From Amoebidium appalachense (Eukaryota; Protista; Ichthyosporea): DNA of 64,000 nt. The notes beneath the pieces are model-generated. The model made no database searches. It was not told the origin of the DNA and saw nothing but the letters and a program-made list of their open reading frames with translations. Shown here piece after piece: positions 14,070 through 24,071 of the stretch. Position 1 is the first letter of the stretch; every line of letters starts with the position of its first letter. The translations under genes and the position numbers were made by a program. The stretch spans positions 4,178,267 through 4,242,266 of the forward strand of contig CAVNZM010000006.1 in the NCBI GenBank assembly GCA_963693365.1, given 5' to 3'.

Positions 14070-17000
14070 CTATAATTTTGTAGTGATGTGTTTCTCAAGC
14101 CAATCAATACATCTAATAAACAGGTCGTAGTTACGCGTGTTTAGTATAAAATCAAGGATGTTGTAATTTACAGGTAGGCTATCTTTCTGGGTGTCTGTTG
14201 TGAATGTGACGTGTGTGTGTTGCGGTATTATGTGGTCTATCAAACTACATTTGGCGATACATGACCGGTTAAACTGGTGTGTGTGTGTGTTGTTTGGGCA
14301 TGCAAATGATGCCACCTTATACTTATTAGATCTCCACTGTATAGCACGTGTACAGTAAAAGCGTGGTAATTGATCAATAATACCATCAGCTAGAGAAAGA
14401 CCAGTTCTACAGGAAGGTAATATGTATTTAGGTGTTATACACTTGCGAGTGCCATATTTGGCAATATGGTTGAGGCGGTCAGTATATATAAAACGAGACA
14501 TAAGGCTTAGTTTTTCAAGGTGTATGCTTTCATCGGGTCTAGTGTCGTTTGGTATCTTTTTCCATTTGTTATATTGCGTGATTATCTTGTGATTGTGTAC
14601 ATGTTTAATAAGTAAGTGGCAGTCCAAAGTCACACACACACTATTGCGGGGTTTATTTGTATTTGTGCCCAGGGGAGAAGGGGAGAGAGAGGGGAGGAAA
14701 GAGGGGAGAGGTGAGGAGGGGACAGGTCGGATAGAGAAGAGAGGGTGGGAGGGCAAATACTTCTTTAAGCGGCTTATGTGCTTATTGAATTTCAGCGCGA
14801 GATAGGATACTCTAGCAGCTATTGGGACCAGACCATATATCGAGAGCGTTACAGGCCCAGGTTTACAACAGTTGTTAGATAGAAAGGAGGCAACTTCTGC
14901 TTCAAGGAAATTTGCCAAGGGTTTAAGCGCTCTAGTTCTCTCTTTCTTGATCCAAGCGGCGAGAAGGGGTAAACCATATTCACATGCCGGGAAGACAAAA
15001 GTGCGAATAAATGTAAGTCTAATAGAAGGATGGAGGGGTGTGTCTTTAAAAATATTAGCCGAGAAGAAAGCTAACCGCTTACGAGCCAACTCTACCCTCT
15101 TTTCGACCATATGGGGAAACATAACACCAACAGAATCAACCGGAACACCAAGATATTTGTATTCTGGAACTATAGGTACAGGTTTAGATGATAATGTAAA
15201 TGTGTGTAAATTGTTAGCTATATCAGGTACAAGAACACCACATTTGTCTATGTTAAGGATCATAAGGTTTGCCTTGCACCACTCTGACACTACATCGAAC
15301 AATCTTTGCAGGCGTCTAGGGGTACGGGCAAGGAGGGACAGATCATCAGCATAGAGAAGTGCAGGCGGAAAGTTATTAATAGGGTCATCGTTTTCGGCGT
15401 AAATCTTGACAGCCAAATCATCTATAAATAGGTTAAACAAAAAGGGGCTAAGCAATGAGCCCTGCAAGAGACCTCTAGTACGAGCAAAACCATATGAAAG
15501 ATGCCCATTAACCACAGCTCTACCATAGGTTTGAGACAAGAGTGCTTCTAACAGAACACCAATGCAGTGTGGTACACCCCGTGCAGCAAGCTTTTCCCAT
15601 AGGAGACCAGGGGAGACAGAATCGTAAGCAGTTTTCCAATCAATAAAGCCAACATATTGTGCACCAACTTGCATAGAATCGTGCAGTGCCATTATTTGAA
15701 CATAACATGAATTGTTTTTACGAAAAGCGGATTGGCATGGGTGTATGTGAAGAATAGATTGAAACCTAGGGTGATGTGCAAATAACCTAAGTAAGCAAGC
15801 TTCAAAGAATCTACGAACAACCTGGGTTAGTGTAATGGGGCGAAAGGATGATATGGGGCCCTCAGAGTCCTTCTTAACTATGGGGATCACTAAGGTATCT
15901 AACCAAGATGACGGGACATGTCCACATTTAACACACCAAGAAAAGAGAGAGCTTAACATGATAGTAAGATCAGGTTTAATAGCACGATCACTTTCCTTTT
16001 GTGGGTAGGAGGGAACAAGGATTTTAAGAAACCCAGCAGGGAGTCCATCAGGTCCACAAGACTTACTAGAGCTATAACTAGATATCACAGACCATATGGC
16101 ATCGGGACTGAAAAAGGGGAGGATCGATTCTATGGGGATAGATGGGTCTACAGGCCACACAATAGGTTTCTGAGCGGGGGTCCTATCTTTAAACAGTTCC
16201 GAGAAATACTTATCAGAGTCTATGAGGGGGTCTCCAGTGGTATCACCAATAATACGAGCAGGGGGGCCAAATCGATTCATACTAGCAAGCCGGCGCAAGC
16301 TTTCCTTTTGAGACAGGGGTTCACCTAGTCTAGCGGGAGTGGTGTTTGGTAACAAGAGAGCATCGGGATATTCCTTCCTACCACCGCCAGCATAATCACC
16401 GAGATCTATCAAATCATCAACAATAAAGTTAGTGCATGTATCTAGTACGAGATGTGAATCTGGCCTGGCTTGTGCAGATTCTAATAGGCGCATATATATA
16501 GGGTGTTTCGTAGCATAGCATACACATACATCAACTCTACCCCACTGTGACTTAAGCTGGGATAGACGGAGGCGAAAGGTGGGAGGGGGAGGGGGGAGCA
16601 GATCAAGGGAGATCTTAGGTAGGAAAAGGATAGGAGAGTGGTCAGATGACCTAGAGAGGTTAGGAGGGAGAGAGAGTTTTGACATGGTTGATGGCCAAAA
16701 GGCCACTCCCCAGTCGGTGTTGTGGGCATGGGATATTTGAGGGAACCGCAAAGTGTGACTTTGGACATACCTTGCTAAAGGGATAGCACGCTCCGGGGGC
16801 TTAGATGGGTACCCGACACTCACTTGCAGTGTGTCTGTGTGGTGGAGTCGCGTGTTAAAATCACCTAAAATAACAGTGGACATTGGTAACTGTGACAACT
16901 CGTGAGTCAATTCGACAACCGACATAGATGGTGGGTAATATACAAAAGTAAAAACATTAGAAAGAAACTCTATAGAAACCGAGAATTCCGTTTTTGCTAC

Positions 17001-17264
17001 CGGTTTGCACTTCACTCTCACGTGTGGTGCGGCAAGTACAATAATGCCTCGGTTTTTCGCGTAACCGGGGTGTGTGGATGTGTCGACCAATGTAGAGTTG
17101 AATTTGTGGTGGTTTTTAAACTGTGTTTCGCAAATCACTGTAAACGTGTGGTTGTTTGTCTGTTGTTGTATGTAGCTGATTTTATCGTCGAGTGTCCCGG
17201 GGGGGAGGCCCTTTTGGGGGCCCAGTGTCCGAGCATTCCAGAAGAAGAAGGATAAATTAGGCAT
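14070..17264 (-). CDS. LINE ORF2: AP-like endonuclease plus reverse transcriptase (1064 aa)
   Basis: APE motifs FFWNART, ICET, FVYYPP, ILGDFN, SSDHSPI. RT motifs KSCGPDGLP, FRPITL, QSAFRK, FIDWKTAYDSV, GLLQGSLLSPFLFNLFID, LYADD, YKYLGV. Cys/His-containing C-terminus. Confidence 0.95.
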   Translation of the reverse strand: MPNLSFFFWNARTLGPQKGLPPGTLDDKISYIQQQTNNHTFTVICETQFKNHHKFNSTLVDTSTHPGYAKNRGIIVLAAPHVRVKCKPVAKTEFSVSIEFLSNVFTFVYYPPSMSVVELTHELSQLPMSTVILGDFNTRLHHTDTLQVSVGYPSKPPERAIPLARYVQSHTLRFPQISHAHNTDWGVAFWPSTMSKLSLPPNLSRSSDHSPILFLPKISLDLLPPPPPTFRLRLSQLKSQWGRVDVCVCYATKHPIYMRLLESAQARPDSHLVLDTCTNFIVDDLIDLGDYAGGGRKEYPDALLLPNTTPARLGEPLSQKESLRRLASMNRFGPPARIIGDTTGDPLIDSDKYFSELFKDRTPAQKPIVWPVDPSIPIESILPFFSPDAIWSVISSYSSSKSCGPDGLPAGFLKILVPSYPQKESDRAIKPDLTIMLSSLFSWCVKCGHVPSSWLDTLVIPIVKKDSEGPISSFRPITLTQVVRRFFEACLLRLFAHHPRFQSILHIHPCQSAFRKNNSCYVQIMALHDSMQVGAQYVGFIDWKTAYDSVSPGLLWEKLAARGVPHCIGVLLEALLSQTYGRAVVNGHLSYGFARTRGLLQGSLLSPFLFNLFIDDLAVKIYAENDDPINNFPPALLYADDLSLLARTPRRLQRLFDVVSEWCKANLMILNIDKCGVLVPDIANNLHTFTLSSKPVPIVPEYKYLGVPVDSVGVMFPHMVEKRVELARKRLAFFSANIFKDTPLHPSIRLTFIRTFVFPACEYGLPLLAAWIKKERTRALKPLANFLEAEVASFLSNNCCKPGPVTLSIYGLVPIAARVSYLALKFNKHISRLKKYLPSHPLFSIRPVPSSPLPSFLPSLSPSPLGTNTNKPRNSVCVTLDCHLLIKHVHNHKIITQYNKWKKIPNDTRPDESIHLEKLSLMSRFIYTDRLNHIAKYGTRKCITPKYILPSCRTGLSLADGIIDQLPRFYCTRAIQWRSNKYKVASFACPNNTHTHQFNRSCIAKCSLIDHIIPQHTHVTFTTDTQKDSLPVNYNILDFILNTRNYDLFIRCIDWLEKHITTKL

Positions 17265-18441
17265 CGGTTTGGTCCGACACCTGTGGGGTTGGTTCCCACT
17301 TGTCGCTTACGGGGTCGTATGCACGACCTTCCGCCAGCGCGAACAGTTCGCAGAAGAGCTCGATTTCCATCTCGCATCGGCGTTTGCGCTCGAGCAGTTT
17401 CTCACCAGAAAACATTGGTTCCTTCGTGTCCGTGTCTATCACGCTCGTAGCATCGTTTTCCAACTTTGCGAGGAACTCTTTTGCCTTGCTGATGCGTACA
17501 CGACAACGTGTGGCGCACGCATTCTTAGCAGACACTTTACGTTCTTTGTCTGCTTTCTGAATGTTTTCCGGCGCGCATGGGTCGTAGCTTGGGAGGTGGG
17601 TGAAGAAGCTTCCACACCCCTTTGTCGCGTCACGGATGAACGCACGGTTATAGTCGCCCCGTACTGCTACTTCCAGCACATCGTATCCAATGAAGGACAG
17701 ACAAAGGATGCGAGAGCACCGGAAGCCGAGAGCCTTGAAGATGGACCACATGGCCCTGTGTGGGCGTCTGCCGTGCTTGACTTTGAAATACACCCTCTCG
17801 TATTTGGGTGGGATGTTGATGTTACCGTTTGCTTGGGTGTTCCCCTTAGCCGGCGGTTTGGGAGGGGAGTTGCGGCGGTACTCGTTGCCTGCAAGAATGC
17901 TGGCATATGTTTCCTTGGCAATTTGGCGGAGCTCGGGTGTTTTACGAGAGTTCGCATATTCTAGGAACTCTGCCGGGAGCTGTGCTTCCGGTCCTGTGTT
18001 GTTTTGTGTTGGGGTGGAAATGTCTCCGTCGCGAGATGTTTGCTCATGAGTTTTGGGGTTTTGCGATCCACTAATGTTTAGCTGGGCTGTGAGTGAATCA
18101 ATGGTGAGCTTGAGTTGGGTATTTTCTGTTTGGAGTTTTTCTATCATGTTCTTGAGTGGTAACAGCTCATTTAGCTGTTTCTTAACGAGGGCAAGTTCTG
18201 CCAGTACTGTATCAACCGAAAGTTTCGGCATGGTTGTTATTGTGTTTCTACGGAGTGGTGTGGTGTTATTCTGAATGGGTAGTGTATTGTAAATAGGTGT
18301 TGCGCTTAGTCTAAGGCGATGTTTTTCTGGTTGTGCATCTGTGGTAGGTGTATCTGCTGGACGTTTTAATGGTCGCACATGTGTGATGGGTGTAGATGGA
18401 ACTTTGAAAGAGGTTCTGAAACGATTATAGGCATGTGCCAT
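17257..18441 (-). CDS. LINE ORF1 (coiled coil plus RRM-like domain)
   Basis: 394-aa ORF directly upstream of ORF2 and overlapping it by 8 nt (ATGCCTAA). Heptad segment VLAELALVKKQLNELLPLKNMIEKLQTENTQLKLTIDSLTAQL and RRM-like ERVYFKV..FRCSRILCLSFIGYDVLEVAV. The true start could be the later MPKLS. Confidence 0.85.
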   Translation of the reverse strand: MAHAYNRFRTSFKVPSTPITHVRPLKRPADTPTTDAQPEKHRLRLSATPIYNTLPIQNNTTPLRRNTITTMPKLSVDTVLAELALVKKQLNELLPLKNMIEKLQTENTQLKLTIDSLTAQLNISGSQNPKTHEQTSRDGDISTPTQNNTGPEAQLPAEFLEYANSRKTPELRQIAKETYASILAGNEYRRNSPPKPPAKGNTQANGNINIPPKYERVYFKVKHGRRPHRAMWSIFKALGFRCSRILCLSFIGYDVLEVAVRGDYNRAFIRDATKGCGSFFTHLPSYDPCAPENIQKADKERKVSAKNACATRCRVRISKAKEFLAKLENDATSVIDTDTKEPMFSGEKLLERKRRCEMEIELFCELFALAEGRAYDPVSDKWEPTPQVSDQTDA

Positions 18442-18842
18442 GACATGGATGGGGGTGTTCCCCGGCCCTTAGGGCCACGGATGGCCTGGTTTAGGGGTGG
18501 ATGCGCGAAGGATACTATTTATTAGCAGATAATAAAGAGCGACATTTGAATCGATGTGTGCGACTGAATCGATGTGTGCGACTGGATATCAAAATCGAGA
18601 TCCAGATTATGCTGCAGAATCCGGATCTCAGCCGAAACCTGGGTTAAGCCGGGTAGATAACCCATGGATGCCAAACAGCCCACGTACGATTTCGGGTTAG
18701 ATTTGCTCTGCAGCTGTCACGCTGTTCATCACCGGTCGGTGACTTGCAATTGCAGACCCGCTACACATATACACCATAGTGATAAGCAGTAATAAACCAC
18801 GAAAGTGCTGAGTTGTATACGGTTTTATTTGAGACACTCACC

Positions 18843-19658
18843 ATGTATGCAGCCCGGAACATAGCCGTTTTGGCTGCGATTGCAGCCTTGACCTATAGCC
18901 CAGAGCTCAAAGAGCCCTGTCGTACTTCCCCGCTCAGTGGTAGAGAGTATGTGCAAGAACTGCTTGGCACAGCTCACGAGACAAGGGTGAACGATGTCCT
19001 ACGCGTGAGTCCATATGTTGCAAGGGAGTTAATTGAGAAGTTGGCTCCATTCATTGAAGAGAGGTGAAAAACCGCTTTCAGATACTCCAGAAAGCCACCA
19101 ACTACTGTCCTAAGATGCTCTCGAAGATCATTCTTGTGTGCTTTCTACTTATGAACTTTATAAAAAAGCACAACGCGGAGGAGCATGGCCACTACTCAGA
19201 CGAAGAGCAGCACAACTTGCCTACACGTGGTAAGTCTTTGGTTGCATTTGGTTTTGTTTCTCTTCCTCTACCAGTTTTTCAGTTATTTTTGTTTTTATTT
19301 TGTTCTCTGGTTTTGTGGTGGGCAACGGGTCAAGATGGGTTGGAGTGTGCGTCTGCACGTTTTTTTGATGTGGTTTTTGTGGTGTGACTGATATTGCTCG
19401 AGTTGGGATGGAGTGTGCCTCTGAGCGGCGGCAGCGTTGTTGGTGTGTGTGGGGAACCAGGGGAAAGGAGGGGGTGGGTAGGGGGATGATTTATAAGACT
19501 GTATGCTTGATGTAAAGGCCTTGATGTTTTTTAACTCTGTGTTAGGCAGGGGCAACCAAAACCAACAAGAAGACGAGGCAGAGGCAGATGCCAGAAGAGA
19601 TCAAATTGCTGCAGCTATGTGGGTTGACTACACGAGCAGGGCACAGGGTGCCTGGTGA
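18843..19658 (+). pseudogene. Harbinger (HARBI1/PIF-like) transposase remnant lacking the DDE core
   Basis: N-terminal motif RTSPLSGREYVQELLGTAHETRVNDVLRV is fused out of frame at ~19060-19064 to C-terminal KNRFQIL..SKIILVCFLLMNFIK. A GT-AG intron at 19230-19545 precedes a last exon ending RRDQIAAAMWVDY..*, typical of PIF transposase termini. Confidence 0.8.
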
Positions 19659-20646
19659 ATAGTAAATGAGCACTGAATCGTGCAGTGACATGTGTCCGTC
19701 CCGTCCCCGTCCCCCCCCCCCCCCCACCCCCCCCCCCACCCCCCCCCCCCCCTCAAAGAAAGATAGTAGGTAAAAGAAAAGAAAAAAACTGCACACACAC
19801 ACACCTTTCTGCACATGATGTTGCAAAGGTCATTCTGAGTACTTTTGTATTCCTACTAATGCTGCACCAGGCGGCGAGGCCGAACACTAAAACAATGATT
19901 TCAAACGGTGATCACTACATCATACTCACTTCTACACGTAAAAGATGTTTCTTGCACTATCCCCCCGCCCACACCATAACAAAAAAAAGAAAGAAAAAAA
20001 AAGAAAAAAAAAAAAAAGAAATTATAGGCATCTTGTCGGTTCAAACAAGATTATCTACAAGTGTACTGTGCTACTGGAAGACTCGGGCTGGACGGCCGCA
20101 GAGGGTAGGAAAAGAATGAGAAGTGAGGTGCGTGTCTGTTTTTATAACGTTCCCCACGTGCAAGTCCGTGCGTTGGTGCAGGTGTCGCAGTTCAAGGCAC
20201 AGCTGTCGCAGCCCACTCAGTATCCACATGCTGCCAGCAACGGAAGTTTGGTTTGGCGCCCTTTCAACAATCCTTTTTTGGCCACTTCAAACTATCGACG
20301 ATTGGTGCAAAAGGACACCATATATAGTTCCATAAAATGAACATTCATTGGGTCGGACATTCAGGACCTGAAAGGATTTCGCGCTAATCCACCTCCCGAG
20401 GTGGATTAGTGGAATCCAGATTACGGCCATGTCCGAGGGGTTTGAAACCCAGATTTACGTGACCGGATCTGGCCGTCTGTTTGGCAGCGGCTGGATTTTG
20501 AGATTTGGATTTAGCGCTAAACCCAAAATCGCCCGTAATCCGGATTTAGGACCCTAAACCCGGATTGCCAAACAGGCCCTTATAGTATTTACCCCAAAAA
20601 AGGGTTTATGTATCGAATTATTATTAACTATGTCTAAACTTGGAAT

Positions 20647-20857
20647 TGTGACGTAGATATACATCGAGTCACCCCAGACACGGAAGCCCCCCAGATCAAT
20701 AAACATCACGATGTAAATGGGGCTTCCGGGACCTGGCGTCCTCGGTCTTTTCCTTGTCCAAAACTTATTTCTTGTCAACGAAAGCTGTGACCATACCTCC
20801 CCCATCCGACTTTCATCCGTGTTCAAATTCATATTCCCATCACATTTCGATGTCGCA
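20647..20857 (+). repeat. 5' LTR
   Basis: TG..CA termini, contains AATAAA, near-identical to 21723-21933. Confidence 0.9.
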
Positions 20858-20867
20858 TGGTAGCAGA
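20858..20867 (+). promoter_or_regulatory. Primer-binding site complementary to the initiator tRNA-Met 3' end
   Basis: TGGTAGCAGA directly after the 5' LTR, complementary to ..UCUGCUACCA, the animal-type tRNA-iMet 3' end. Confidence 0.8.
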
Positions 20868-21722
20868 AAAGGAAGGTCTCCCTCGGGGGTAACCAGGTAA
20901 ACACGCTTCCACACGCGCGCTCTGCTAGCATGCTACGATAGCTCATTTTTACGGACGGATGGTCACAGCAGTCCACGGATAACTACGGATACACGAGGAT
21001 GCATTTGCTTACTATTCGGACGTCGCCCCGCAATGAGGCCCCTTTTTTTTTTTTTTTTGCAACAGCCATATCATTTTTTATATTGTAGCACACACAACCC
21101 GGTTTTCGCACCAGCCCATTTCTCATGAGCGCATCATCTTTTCCCATTTTCCACACACGACCACACAGTGATCGGCAAGTTTTGGTCCTGATACTTTGTG
21201 CGTATAAGCAAAGCACGAGAAACGCCACCCCCGTGTGCTGCTAATCCCGCATAATGGGTGCCGGCCAGACACTAAGCCCAGCACACGTTTGCCGGAGGGT
21301 GTGGGTCTCGGACTTTGCTTATACCCACACGGTGGTTAAGATCACTACCTGACGATCACTAGAGTCGTGTGTTTTCCTTCAGTCTGAACAGCCGTCGTTT
21401 GCGCAAACTACGTGTATATACCCAATCACGATATATTTCAACATGTACATCCGGAAGATCTATGTCTGCTTCTCGCTCTTGCTCGCCTCTGCTTACATGT
21501 TTTGCTTTTATGTTTTGTACCCACGTGAGGTCATCCTCAGAGGCACTGCAGCCCGCCCACGTGTGGTTAGGGGATGGCTTGGAGGTTTGCCTGTCCCTGA
21601 CATATACACTGTGACGCCCCCCCTACCCCTAGTATGCATCCACATGCTTTTATGTTTGCACCCACGTACTAGCCTTATCCATGTGTGAGGACACACACTA
21701 TCCTTCTCTTGTGCGCTTAACA

Positions 21723-21933
21723 TGTGACGTAGATATACATCGAGTCACCCCAGACACGGAAGCCCCCCAGATCAATAAACATCACGATGTAAATGGGGCT
21801 TCCGGGACCTGGCGTCCTCGGTCTTTTCCTTGTCCAAAACTTATTTCTTGTCAACGAAAGCTGTGACCATCCCTCCCCCATCCGACTTTCATCCGTGTTC
21901 AAATTCATATTCCCATCACATTTCGATGTCGCA
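21723..21933 (+). repeat. 3' LTR
   Basis: Second 211-bp copy followed by the GAAT TSD. Confidence 0.9.
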
Positions 21934-22493
21934 GAATGTGCGATCCTGCTCGATGAATGGCTAATATTGCACCACCGCAAACACAATCTCCTATTGGTTT
22001 ATATGAACCAATCCAAAGTTACGTTAAAAATGGCCCATTTCATTTGCCAGAGCTGCTCCGACTAGGATTTGTGCAGACTCGTGCTCGTTCATGACTCAGT
22101 CACGTGCACACTGCACACGTGGTGAACTCCCAACTGCTGTGTATGAAACGTTCATTACACCTCCTCTCTCCTCTCTGTGCTCCCTCTTTATACGATTGCG
22201 TTCAACCGTTTCAGCCATAATTTGCGTAAAAGTGGCAGACGCATGACTCCTTATTTATTTGCTTGCTACTGATCAGAGGCTTGGGACACACGTGGAAAAA
22301 CCAAGTCCGGCTTCTTGTTTTGTTTGAGCTCTCTCTGAATCGAACGGTTCGGAGGTGGGGAGAGAGCTTTCAGAGAGGGAGGGTATTAACGAGGTGGGGG
22401 TGGGAAGAGGGGGGGGGGGGGGGTAAGGGGGTGGGAGGGAAGGGGGGCCTCTCAAAAGGAGGGACGTGTGTGCAGGCCTAGGGGAAAGGGCCT

Positions 22494-22821
22494 GGGGGGG
22501 GGGGGGGGGGGGGGGAGGGGAGAGTGAAAGAGAAAGGGAGAGGTTCTAGAGGGGAGAGGGGGAGAGAGAGAGAGGGAGGGAGGGAGGGGGAGAGAGGGAG
22601 GGACTGAGGGAGAGAGAAAGAAAAAGAGAGAGGAGAGGAGGGGCGCGGGGAGAGGGGGAGGGTGTAGGGGGAAAGAGAGAGGGAGAGTGGGCGAGAGAGG
22701 GCGAGGGAGAGAGAGCAAGACAGAGAGCGAGAGAGAGAGAGAGGGGGGGGGGGGGGGGGGGGGGGAGGAAGGGGGGGGGGGAGAAAGAGGAGCCTCGGTG
22801 AGTGAGCGAGCGAGCGAGCGA

Positions 22822-22852
<31 letters not shown>

Positions 22853-22939
22853 GGAAAGGGAGAGGGAGAGGGAGAGGGAGAGGGAGAGGGAGAGGGAGAG
22901 GGAGAGGGAGAGGGAGAGGGAGAGGGAGAGGGAGAGGGA

Positions 22940-22977
<38 letters not shown>

Positions 22978-23016
22978 GAGAGCGAGAAAGGGAGAGGGAG
23001 AGAGAGAGAGGAGGAG

Positions 23017-23060
<44 letters not shown>

Positions 23061-23151
23061 TGGAGAAAGAAAGTGCGAAAGAGAGGGAGGGAGGGAGAGA
23101 AAAGGGGGGGGGGGGGGGGGGGGGGGGGGGGAAGGGCGGGCGGGGGGGAGG

Positions 23152-23224
<73 letters not shown>
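22494..23224. repeat. ~730-bp purine-rich tract of poly-G, (GA)n and (GGGAGA)n
   Basis: Almost purely purine on the + strand, with (GGGAGA)n at ~22858-22946 and (GA)n runs. Confidence 0.9.
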
Positions 23225-23227
<3 letters not shown>

Positions 23228-23862
23228 CGACGTAGATACAGATAGACCACAAGCGATATTAGTCACTTAGATCGCTATTTCTGTTTCATAAAATTGAATT
23301 ACCACAGATCACTGATCATGTCTGATTGACTCAAGTGACACACACATGCATGCATGCACAAACATACAAATATACCAGCTGAAGCAACACAGAATTCCTC
23401 CCCCCCACCCCACCTCAATTGCAATCCCACCCGTAACGTTTCTTCTCCCCCCCCCCCCCCCAGTCCTAATAATATTGCTTGCTAACAACGTGAACTCCCC
23501 ACGCTCCAATCATCCCCGCCTCCGGCCCCGGGGGGGCATATATGTACGACCGACAAGCGGTGTGCCGTCACCTGGAGGGCCGGCCTCCTCCCCCTCCCCC
23601 ATTTTGCCGTTCGTCCACACATCTGTCGCACGTTGCCGCCAGAAGGCTTGACGTGTACGAAACCATCCTCTTCCTTGCAGAAGGCTTTCCTTCGCTTTTT
23701 AACCTTCTCAGAGTATAATATGTATCTTGACATTTTTTCTTTGAGACAGTGACACTTCGTGTGTGTATGTGTGTGTGGGTGTATGGGTGTGTGTGTGCGT
23801 ACGTGTCTGTGTGTCTGTTTTTGTATGTGTGTCCGCGTCCGTGTCAACACGGAGTGTGTGTG

Positions 23863-23913
<51 letters not shown>

Positions 23914-24040
23914 ACGTTTGCAGGGTGCAACGTGGTGGTGGTAGTAAGCTGTGGTGGTGGTGGTGGTAGGTGGGCTCGCTGGCGGGGGAAGGGGGGGGGG
24001 GGGGGGGGGGGGGGGGGTATCTGCCCCCATTTTTCTTATC

Positions 24041-24071
<31 letters not shown>

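Larger units (their letters stand above)
13895..18456 (-). mobile_element. Apparently intact non-LTR retrotransposon (APE-RT LINE) with ORF1, ORF2, a (CA)n-containing 3' UTR and a polyA tail
   Basis: PolyT at 13895-13952 is the polyA tail. The 8-bp direct repeat GTTCCCCG at 13887-13894 and 18457-18464 is the TSD. Two uninterrupted ORFs lie between. Confidence 0.9.
13641..20579 (+). mobile_element. PIF/Harbinger DNA transposon, internally deleted, hosting a LINE insertion
   Basis: Perfect 15-bp TIRs GGGCCTGTTTGGCAA (13641-13655) and TTGCCAAACAGGCCC (20565-20579). TTA TSD at 13638-13640 and 20580-20582. Subterminal (A)TCYGGATT-like repeats near both ends and Harbinger transposase remnants inside. 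Confidence 0.9.
20647..21933 (+). mobile_element. Non-autonomous miniature LTR retrotransposon (TRIM-like), 1287 bp
   Basis: 211-bp direct repeats at 20647-20857 and 21723-21933 with TG...CA ends (TGTGAC..GTCGCA) and one mismatch seen. 4-bp TSD GAAT at 20643-20646 and 21934-21937. PBS follows the 5' LTR; the internal region has no recognisable coding capacity. Confidence 0.9.

Noticed and set aside
18457-18520. Possible HDV-like ribozyme at the LINE 5' end (tccttcgc..ggccatccgtggcc-ctaa-gggcc on the minus strand)
   Set aside because: P1 and P3 pairings could not be built, and the segment lies outside the TSD-defined element
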